Source: an uncultured Clostridia bacterium (lineage in GTDB: Bacteria; Bacillota; Clostridia; TANB77; CAG-508). Taken from it: a stretch of 38,114 nucleotides of DNA. The notes beneath the pieces are model-generated. The model ran no database searches. It had not been told where the DNA came from and saw only the letters and a list, made by a program, of their open reading frames with translations. The stretch is taken from positions 1-38,114 of the forward strand of contig CALXQA010000002.1 of assembly GCA_944390335.1 (NCBI GenBank). Direction: 5' to 3'. This document shows, one piece after another, positions 1-9,000 of this stretch (positions are counted from its first letter, which is position 1; each line of letters begins with the position of its first letter). The position numbers and the translations under genes are program-made.

Positions 1-3000
1 TTATTCTTTATTTAGTAACTTTTTCTTTATTAATATTATTGCTCCTCCTATTAGTATTACAGCTATTATTCCTGTTATTATCCATATTACATAATTTCTA
101 TTTGCTCCTGTTGGTGGTAATATTAATACTTGTTGTGAACTATCACTGTCTATTTCCGTTGGTGTTACTAAGTCTGCTTTTGTATATATTCCTTCTTCTT
201 CATTTGTTACAGCATCTGTTCCTAAGCTTTGGTCTGCCATTGGTTGATTTCCGGCTACTGAGTATTCCATTCTTCTTCCTTGGCTATTGCTTGTTTGTAC
301 TATTTCTACTAAGTTGTTATATACCATACTATCATTTCCTGTGTCTGGTACTAATGTTGATGATAATAGTACATTTGTTGTTATTTCTGCTTTTCCTACT
401 TTCCCTTCTTCTGGCCATAGTTTTTCGTCTCCTAATGCTTTTGTTGTTATTATTGCATTATATGTTTTCATTGTTCTTTGATATTTGTCATTTACTAAAT
501 CTCCATTATATCCTATTTCTTCGTTTCCATTTATGTTTTCTTTTCCGGTTAGTTCTTCTACTGTTCTTAATGACCAGTCTTTATTATTAATATTGGTTGG
601 TATGAATTGCAAGTTGTTTGATACATAGTCTATTACTGTGTCTGCTTGTGTTGTTGATATGTTTTCTGCTCCTGTATTATTCGTTTTTCCGGTATAGTAG
701 AACTGATTATCTAAGTAGTCTATTTCTCCTATATTTGTTACTTTATATGTGTAATATAGTTCTATTCTTGCTCCATACATTAGTTCTTCGTCCATATATG
801 CTGTTATTATTTCTGGCTGTTTTTCTGTATTTTTCCCCATTGTTACTTTTGTTAGCCTATATGCTTTACTCATTCCATTTGGTATATGGCTATATTCTTC
901 ACTATGTCCTTCATGCTTATCATATGGTACGTTGTTTACTGATTTTCCTGTATCAAATAGTGTTGTTCCATCTGCCAAGGTTATTTTTAGGTTGCTTACT
1001 TCTTTGTTTAATTTTAATTGGGCTCTTGGTCTTTCTGTTAGTCCTAGGTCTATATCTTCTATTAGATATCCCATTTCGTTTTTGTCTCCTTGGTTATTTG
1101 TTTGTTTTCTATTGTATTCTACTTCTACGTTTATTATTCCTGTTTGGGATACCATTGCTGTATTGTCCATTTCTTCTTTTATCATTTCTACTTGTTCTGC
1201 TTTGTCTTCTTTTATTCCTATTTTTAGCCCTGCTGTTAGTACTTCTGCTCTTCCATTTACTAGTGTCCTATGATCTGCTTCTCCGTCTATATTTTCTTCT
1301 CCACTTCCATATTCTGTTACGTTTGTTCTTATGTTTCCTACGTCTTTTGCATCTGATATTCCACTATAAGGACTACTTTCTTCTATATCATAATGATACA
1401 TTACATTTTTGTCTTTTCCGTCTTCTGTCGATATTTTTCTATTTACATAGTCACTTGTCTTCTTATTTGGTGTTGTTATATTGTAGTTTTGTGTATCATA
1501 GTTTGTAAATCCTTTTATTCCATTATATTCTTCTACATCTTTTCCTTGGTCTATTCCTGCTTGATATATTGTACTTTTATAGTCTTGTCCATTATATGAT
1601 TTTGCATTTAGTCCTTCTTTTGTTATAAATCCTTTTTCATTGTCTACTTTTATATCGTCTCCTGCTATGAAACTTACTACTTCTGCTCCTTCTCCATCTG
1701 CTTTTGTTAATATTGTTTGTGTTGTGTCTCCATATATGAATCTTATAAACATATCTCCTGCTGGTACAGCTTTAAATCCGTATTCTCCTTCTTCGTCTAT
1801 TTCATATCCGCTTACTTCTATTGCACTTCCTTCTTTTCCTGATAGGATTGGAGATAATGTTCCTTTTTGTCCACTATAGTATCTCATGTTTACATTGTTT
1901 ACTTCTTCTGTTGAGTCTTCTATACTATTTACATTTACCCAGCCTTCGTTTTCATCATATTTCATTGCATTCCATACATATTCTCCTAAATAGTCTCCAT
2001 ATGGGATTCCATTTTCATCTACATTTTGGATTAATTCTACTAGCTGTACTGTTACTCCATTTATTTTTGTTTCTCCTTCATCATATATTCCATTTCCTAC
2101 TGCTGCTAAGTCTGATTCTTGATTTCTTTCATCTTCATATACATATCCTGTAAATGTTCTTTCGTCTTCGTCTCCTTCTGGGAATACTAATCTTATATTT
2201 GGTGCTTTATCTGTATCATCTTCTGCTCTATTGTCTACTTCATTATCTTCTACTATTAAGTCTCCATCTCCATTTAAGTCTTCTTCCCTTAGGTTTCCGG
2301 CTATTGAGTCGTTGTCTACTAGTCCTGCTACTTGGTTTGATACTGTTTTATCTTTTCCTTTATTATTTGAATCTAATGTGTCTGGTACACTTGCTGTATT
2401 TCTATAATATGTTGAATATCCATTTATTTCTGCTAGGTTTCTCTTTCCTACTCCTTTGTCTCTTCCACTTTCTGTATTTACATCCATTCTTACTCTTCCT
2501 TCCATTCCGGTCTCATCTGTATGCGTCTTTACTTTGAATGTTAAGTATATGAATGTCATTCCTCCTCCTGCTGGTATTCTTTCTCTATCATGTTCATAAT
2601 CTGTCATTCCGGTTAGATATATTGGCGTATAGTCTCCTAACTGTGTATCTCCTCTATTGTTTCCCAGTATTGATGTTGTTCTTACTGTTAAGTCTCCTAT
2701 TTTATTTCCTTCTCTATCTCCTATATATGAATTTACATATGTATTATTACTATTATCATATCTATATTCATTTAACTCATATCTATTTCCATCTAACTCT
2801 CCATCAAATTCAAATTCATCTTCATCATAGTAATCTACTATTTCTTCTACTTTTGTATCATATGTTTGTGATTGGTTTCTTACTATTATTCTATATGTTA
2901 TATATACTTGTAAGTCTTTTGCACTTGTTCCTCCTTCACTATATACTTCTCCATCATATAGATATTCTGATTTCCTTATTTCTCTTGTATATCTATATTC

Positions 3001-6000
3001 TCCATTGTATAAGCTATCTCCTGCTCTTACTTCTACATTCCATGTTCCATCTTCGTCTATATTTGCATCTTTTTTATTATACATATATGTTTGTGTTTTT
3101 CCATTTACTCTTACTGTTGCTTTATATACGTCTTTTTGTATCGCTAGGTCTGCTGTATCTCTTACATATATTCCAAAGTCTACATTTCTACTTTGATCTG
3201 ATTTTCCTGTGTATAGTGATGGTAATGTTTCTCCATGTACTAATACTGTATCTGGTTGGCTCGCTGGATTGTCTAAGTTCTCGGTTACAAATCTATCATA
3301 TACTGGATATTCTCTTGTTACTGCTGTTATCATACAATCTTGTATATATTTTACTACACCATTTGTATCTTCTGTTCCTACTCCTTCACTTCTTAACCAG
3401 TTTTCTAAGTTAGTATATGAAACTGCATATGATTTATCCACTGTTGCTAATTCTACAAATTTATTCCATGCATCTCCATATGATAGTGCTCCTCCATCAT
3501 ATGATATATGCTCTCCATCATTTCCCTGCAATTTTGTCTCTAATCCATATGCTTTATTATATCCATTATTATTATAGCTATTTGGTGATGAGTCTATTGT
3601 CTCAAACCTATTATTAAAGAGTTCTCTATCTACATCTTGGGCATTTGAGAATCCTCCACTTAAGTCATCTTTGTAGTATGTATCTTCATATATTTGTCCA
3701 TTATATGTAAATCTTACTACATATTTCTTTAATGCATCTAAATCTCTAAACTGATATGTTCCATTTGCATCTGTTGTTGTTGTTGCTATTACATTTCCAT
3801 TTTGCAATAACTCTACTTGCATTCCTGCGTACATATAGTCTTTATTATCTGTACTATTTTCATTTAGTCTTCCATTTACTTTATCGTTTTTTGTTACTGG
3901 TTCATCTACCCAGACTTTTCCTCCTATTACTATGTAGTCTTTTTCTCTATCTGTGGTGGTAGGTGTTCCTCCACCACCTCCTCCATCTGGTGGTAATGTT
4001 CCTTTTATATATGTGAATGTCGTTGTATCAGTAGTAACAGTAGGTACTGTTTCTATTTGCATTACAGGTTGTAATTCTCCGATTAGTTGCTCAGTTATTA
4101 CTGGATTGGTTGTTCCCCATTTAAATCGGAATTCTATTTTTATATCCCCATCCTCTAATAAGTCAAAGAATGTATCAAATGCATCATATTTTGCTTCTTC
4201 TTTTACTTCAGATCTATGTGTTCCCCCACCATCTGTATAGTCTCCATCTAAATCACCATCATAGTAATAATATGTTTCATCATCTTCTCTTTCTGATTTT
4301 ATACTTGTAATAGCACTTTTAAGGTTTGAATATAAACCTGACAAACTTGTATTTGAAAAGCTTCGCCTTCCATAGGATAAACTAAATTTTACACTTGTTA
4401 AGTCAAAGTTATTACTTGTTTTATAATCTAGCACAGTTCCATCTGCTGCTGTTGAATTCATAATCGCATCATCTATCATTTTTTTAAATAAATCTTCAAA
4501 AGCATTTGTCCTAAATTTACCTAATGCAGTACTTACCTTTGAATCCGAATATGTTGTATAAGTATATTCATAACCGTCCTCAGTATAGCTACCACCTTCT
4601 GGATCTTCTACCAATAAGTCTCGCAAATCATAGAATGAACTAGCTGTATATGAATAATCGTCTAATTTAATTGTTATTTTATCAAATGTATCAGTTAATT
4701 CTGATTCCATATCTATTAATTTTTCATCTTTAGTCCATGTACTTTTATATCCATTTGATTCAGCATCTACCATTATTTCTAATAGTTCATCAGTAGCTTC
4801 ATATTCTACTGTATCTAATTCATACAGACTTGATTTTCCTTCAAACTTGGTAAAATATGATAAATTAAAATTATATGTTATTGATTCTACCGTTCTTGTT
4901 TCTGTACTTGGTATTTGAACTCTAAAGTAATATTCTTCTCCAAACATTGGCATATCTACTGCTAGGGCTGTATTATTTCCATCTAGTATTTCTACATCAT
5001 ATTGTGCAGTTTCGCCATTAGAGAATTTTACAGTTGCTTCTAATGCATTTTGATCTGTTAACCTGCAAAATTGAAATGCGTCACATCCTAAGTTTTGTCC
5101 TAGTATCTCGTTATATAGTAGTGTTCCCAATGTTACACCTGTTCCGTATGAATTACCTTGTTCAACTAATGCATTTCCATATCTAGAGTCAAAGAATTTT
5201 ACATCTTGAGTTTTCTCCTGAGTTAATACGTTTCCACTACTATCTACTATATCTGCTTTATATGGTCCTTGTGTATAAGTTCTTGCGACATAATCTACAT
5301 CTACTATTACTTGTGCTTCATCAGTTGGCGTGGTATTAATTAACAATTTAGACCCACTTTGTTGAAGAATTTTATAATAGAAGTTTGCCCATGCCTCTGC
5401 TCTTTCTACAATGTTATCATCTATGTTATTTGTTAGGTGTCTACGTGTAATAGTTCTAGGAGGGTCATTTCTTGCCTCATTAACATTTGCTACATATCCT
5501 GTTCCCCATGCTGCTCTTGTAGAAGCTGAGGCTGACGTTACAGATGCTAATCTGTACATAGGCATAGTAGATGATGTCCTATATGCTGCTGCATTTCCTG
5601 GCCCCCATATTTCTGAATACCATAATACTATGTTTACCATTTCTCTCATTTGTGTATCTGTTTTTCCATATGAATGATTTTTATAGTAATCATATGCTTT
5701 ATATGCTGCTGCAACACTTTGTTCTGTTTCTATATTACCTTGGTCTAAGTAATAATTCATTTTTTGATTGTAATATCCGTCTGGAAGATTATTTGCATAT
5801 TGAACTCCACTACTGTCGTAGTTTTCTCTATAAAGCATCTTTACATTTGAACCTGAACAAAATATTGCTTTGCCATTCCAGTCAAATACGCTATAGTATG
5901 GATCTACACGACCATTTCCTAATTTAGGATCACTTGTTCTATCTGTATTTACATCATCTACTCCACCATATGATAATGCTTTTACATAAGTGTTCCATAA

Positions 6001-6075
6001 TAATACTGTAATAATAACTATTAAAATTGCTATTATTAATTTAATTATGTTTGTTCTTTTGTTTTTTAGAGGCAT
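1..6075 (-). CDS. Giant (2024 aa) cell-wall-anchored surface adhesin, paralogue A. Signal peptide, possible thioester-type N-terminal domain, SdrD-B/Cna-B-like and DUF11-like beta-sandwich domains, C-terminal LPPTG sorting signal.
   Basis: Uninterrupted 6 kb ORF with RBS AAAGGAGGACAGG directly before the ATG at 6075. The N-terminal hydrophobic segment ends in VKA. Motifs include GGKVWVDEP...DANGTYQFRDL and FTGYVYEDERNQ...GEYGFKAVPAGD (SdrD-B/Cna-B type), DIDLGLTERP, and YTYKVTNIGE (DUF11 type). The C-terminus is LPPTG (nt 106-120) followed by a hydrophobic helix and KKK tail. The stop codon is at 1-3. Confidence 0.85.
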   Translation of the reverse strand: MPLKNKRTNIIKLIIAILIVIITVLLWNTYVKALSYGGVDDVNTDRTSDPKLGNGRVDPYYSVFDWNGKAIFCSGSNVKMLYRENYDSSGVQYANNLPDGYYNQKMNYYLDQGNIETEQSVAAAYKAYDYYKNHSYGKTDTQMREMVNIVLWYSEIWGPGNAAAYRTSSTMPMYRLASVTSASASTRAAWGTGYVANVNEARNDPPRTITRRHLTNNIDDNIVERAEAWANFYYKILQQSGSKLLINTTPTDEAQVIVDVDYVARTYTQGPYKADIVDSSGNVLTQEKTQDVKFFDSRYGNALVEQGNSYGTGVTLGTLLYNEILGQNLGCDAFQFCRLTDQNALEATVKFSNGETAQYDVEILDGNNTALAVDMPMFGEEYYFRVQIPSTETRTVESITYNFNLSYFTKFEGKSSLYELDTVEYEATDELLEIMVDAESNGYKSTWTKDEKLIDMESELTDTFDKITIKLDDYSYTASSFYDLRDLLVEDPEGGSYTEDGYEYTYTTYSDSKVSTALGKFRTNAFEDLFKKMIDDAIMNSTAADGTVLDYKTSNNFDLTSVKFSLSYGRRSFSNTSLSGLYSNLKSAITSIKSEREDDETYYYYDGDLDGDYTDGGGTHRSEVKEEAKYDAFDTFFDLLEDGDIKIEFRFKWGTTNPVITEQLIGELQPVMQIETVPTVTTDTTTFTYIKGTLPPDGGGGGGTPTTTDREKDYIVIGGKVWVDEPVTKNDKVNGRLNENSTDNKDYMYAGMQVELLQNGNVIATTTTDANGTYQFRDLDALKKYVVRFTYNGQIYEDTYYKDDLSGGFSNAQDVDRELFNNRFETIDSSPNSYNNNGYNKAYGLETKLQGNDGEHISYDGGALSYGDAWNKFVELATVDKSYAVSYTNLENWLRSEGVGTEDTNGVVKYIQDCMITAVTREYPVYDRFVTENLDNPASQPDTVLVHGETLPSLYTGKSDQSRNVDFGIYVRDTADLAIQKDVYKATVRVNGKTQTYMYNKKDANIDEDGTWNVEVRAGDSLYNGEYRYTREIRKSEYLYDGEVYSEGGTSAKDLQVYITYRIIVRNQSQTYDTKVEEIVDYYDEDEFEFDGELDGNRYELNEYRYDNSNNTYVNSYIGDREGNKIGDLTVRTTSILGNNRGDTQLGDYTPIYLTGMTDYEHDRERIPAGGGMTFIYLTFKVKTHTDETGMEGRVRMDVNTESGRDKGVGKRNLAEINGYSTYYRNTASVPDTLDSNNKGKDKTVSNQVAGLVDNDSIAGNLREEDLNGDGDLIVEDNEVDNRAEDDTDKAPNIRLVFPEGDEDERTFTGYVYEDERNQESDLAAVGNGIYDEGETKINGVTVQLVELIQNVDENGIPYGDYLGEYVWNAMKYDENEGWVNVNSIEDSTEEVNNVNMRYYSGQKGTLSPILSGKEGSAIEVSGYEIDEEGEYGFKAVPAGDMFIRFIYGDTTQTILTKADGEGAEVVSFIAGDDIKVDNEKGFITKEGLNAKSYNGQDYKSTIYQAGIDQGKDVEEYNGIKGFTNYDTQNYNITTPNKKTSDYVNRKISTEDGKDKNVMYHYDIEESSPYSGISDAKDVGNIRTNVTEYGSGEENIDGEADHRTLVNGRAEVLTAGLKIGIKEDKAEQVEMIKEEMDNTAMVSQTGIINVEVEYNRKQTNNQGDKNEMGYLIEDIDLGLTERPRAQLKLNKEVSNLKITLADGTTLFDTGKSVNNVPYDKHEGHSEEYSHIPNGMSKAYRLTKVTMGKNTEKQPEIITAYMDEELMYGARIELYYTYKVTNIGEIDYLDNQFYYTGKTNNTGAENISTTQADTVIDYVSNNLQFIPTNINNKDWSLRTVEELTGKENINGNEEIGYNGDLVNDKYQRTMKTYNAIITTKALGDEKLWPEEGKVGKAEITTNVLLSSTLVPDTGNDSMVYNNLVEIVQTSNSQGRRMEYSVAGNQPMADQSLGTDAVTNEEEGIYTKADLVTPTEIDSDSSQQVLILPPTGANRNYVIWIITGIIAVILIGGAIILIKKKLLNKE

Positions 6076-6091
6076 CCTGTCCTCCTTTCAA

Positions 6092-9000
6092 TTAGATTTT
6101 TCTTATTATATATTTTTTAATTAGTAGAACTGCAAAGGCTACAATTGTTAATACTCCTATAGTTATTCCAATAAATGATGCTACTTCTTTACCAGTTCCC
6201 ATTGCTAGTATTACATCTGCGTATGATTTATCATCTTCATTGTCTTGATTATTACCTGCTACAGAGTCTACATCTGCTTTTCCATATTCATTATAGTCTT
6301 TACTAATTTCTACTATATTTCTTACTGTTCCTGTATTTTCTCCTGTCATTTTTCTTGAAAGTATTAATGTTATATTTCTACTTTCCCCTGGATTTAATAA
6401 TGTATTTGCTAAACTTGTGGTATAAAGATTACCATCTTGTCCTAAATACCAATCTTCATTTAGATCTGATGCAAATGCCATTCCTTCTGGTAGATAATCT
6501 ACTATTTCTCTAGCATATCCAGGTATTGCACCTTCATTCGTTACTGTTATTTGGTATTCTACTAATACAGTTGAAAATTCTATATATGTATTTAATAAAT
6601 CCACCATTGCTACTTTTTCGTTATCATATTCATGTACTCTTGTATCTAGTTTTGTATTGGTTACTGTTATTCTATCTATTGTTTTATCTATTTTTAAGTC
6701 AAATTGTTTTGCCTCTTTTAACCCTAAATCTATATTATATATATTATAGTTATCTGTAACTATTGTATTAGTTGCTGCTACTTTTTGGTCATATAATTTA
6801 GCATCAATGAAGTCTGAATTTTGTGATTCCAGTACTCCTTCTGCTTGATAAGTTGTAATTTCATAATTTGATGTATCATATTCTACAACCACTAAATAAT
6901 TTCCTCTATTTAAGTTACTGAAAACATACCTTCCTTGTCCATCAGTTCTAGTTGTTACATCATTACCATTTACATCTTTTGCAATATTTCCAGTTGATTG
7001 GTCATATAATGTTACTGTGATATTTCCAAGTCTAGACTCATTATCATCTTTTCTACCATCTTCATTTTCATCAATCCATACTAATCCTGAAATACGATAA
7101 TTTCTTTGTCCATTAGGATTATTAGCTCCTCCACTGCCTATAATTGTATGCGTTATACTATTAATTTCAATATTCCTTCCATCTACTGTTACTACTGGTG
7201 TATTTGTTATTTGCTTTTCCTCACCTTCTGGTAATATATTAGTAGCTGTCCTTATAATTATTCTTGCACTTCCTCCAGCATTTAAATTAACAGTAGTTGA
7301 AATCTGATTTGCTGTATAATCTGTTTCTTTTGCTCCTGTTCCATTTGTTACTTCCACTTTATATGATCTACAATTTAGTCCTTTTGGTATGTTATCTAAT
7401 ATACTTACTGTTATTCCATAATTTCCATTATTTTTTAAATCTATATAATACTCTAATTCATCTGTATCTAATACAGTTCCTTCTGATATATTACTTGTTA
7501 AAGTAGCACTTATATTTTCACCGTTGTTATACATGCTAATTATGTTAGAAGAAATCGTTTTGTCTGTTTCATTACATGTAACATTTGCTTTGAAATCCAT
7601 TTGTCCATTATTTGAACTAGTAACATCTAGCATAATTTCTGCAGTTGAACTATCATTAGCAGTTATAGTTCCAAAGTTTATCGTTAATTCTCTTGAATTT
7701 TCATCAAAGCTAGCAGAAGTATTTTCACTAGGTAAAATTCTTATATTGTTATATTCAATACCTTGTGGTATGTTAATTTTTGAAATCACATTTGTTTTTT
7801 CTTCTCTATTTACATTATTTACTCTAACTCCTAATAAAACTGCCTGATTTTGAGTTACATTTAATCCATCATAATTTGACTCCAATGTTGCAAGTAAGTA
7901 TCCTTTTGTAAGTTTTGTTGTAAACATATTATCTGACGAACCTTCTAAATTGTCTGCTGTTATTGTCGTTCTTACAGTATTTTCTAGGCCTTCACCTAGT
8001 ATAGATACTTTCCCGGAAACTCCTAGGTTAATTGTTATCGTCCTTTCCCCTCCTGGTTCTATAGACTCTACCGTTTCTTCTATTTCCTTTTCTTGCGTGT
8101 TTATAGTATATATTTTATTAAATACTGTTTCAACTGTTGAAGATTCTTCTTGTATTATTAATTTTCCTAAATAACATAATTCTTCTGTAGCACCTGTCTC
8201 TGTAATTTCTGAATCTGTAGGTAGTGTCATTTTTACTTTTACATTATTTGCAGTTTCACTTCCTGTATTCTTTATTTTTATGTTATATGATAAATATTCT
8301 CCTTCTGTTACATTACCTCCATTAGAAATGTCTTCTCCAGTTAATAAGTCTTTAACAGTTATTTCAGATTGTATTTTGGGTGTTGACTCTGTTTTAACCC
8401 CCACTTTACTTGCTAATACTAAATTTTCGGAGCTTCCATCTTGTGCCTCATTACTATAATATACTCCATAATTAGCATAAGCTGCTTGCTCATAACCTAA
8501 ATTTGATGGAATTATAACCTTGTATTGAATATTTATTTTAGTAGCATGTGGTACTGGTGCAGTTGCGACTATCATATATGATTTAGCATTTTCTACATAT
8601 TCTGCCACCCAAGCATTTTCTTCTTTTTCTAAATCTGTATCTGCTTCTCCATTTGTTGAATAGTATGTAATAGCATCTATTCCTTCATGGGTAATACGGC
8701 TATCTATAATAGTATCAAAAGTTGTTCCTAAATCTTCATTACTTCCTATTTCTTTATTTCCTATAAAAGGTATTCTTCCTAATATCTTAAGTCCATTTGC
8801 ATCTGTTCCCAGATTATTTACTATTGTTCCTGATACAGTCATGGTTTTTTGTTCAGAAAATATTGGTATATTGCCTACTTCTACATTTCCTTCTTGTGAT
8901 GTTACACTTTCATCTCCGTTATATCCACTTAATGTATTTGTTGTTACAAATCCTTCTGGTGCTACTACATTAAAGCTTGTGCTTGTTTCTTTCATATTAC

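Noticed and set aside
3943-3990. A local GC-rich patch (ggtggtaggtgttcctccaccacctcctccatctggtgg) in adhesin A, considered as a possible structured RNA or recombination site.
   Set aside because: It simply encodes the PPDGGGGGGTP Gly/Pro linker on the minus strand. The partial self-complementarity follows from the GGN/CCN codons.
39-5927. Many plus-strand ORFs (39-590, 618-1508, 2553-3413, 3953-4240 and others) lie antisense to giant adhesin A. Equivalent sets lie opposite the 1634-aa gene and adhesin B.
   Set aside because: They are Leu/Phe/Tyr/Ile-rich translations of the T-rich complement of a purine-rich coding strand. They have no RBS and are fully embedded in long, motif-bearing minus-strand ORFs. 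These are compositional artefacts.
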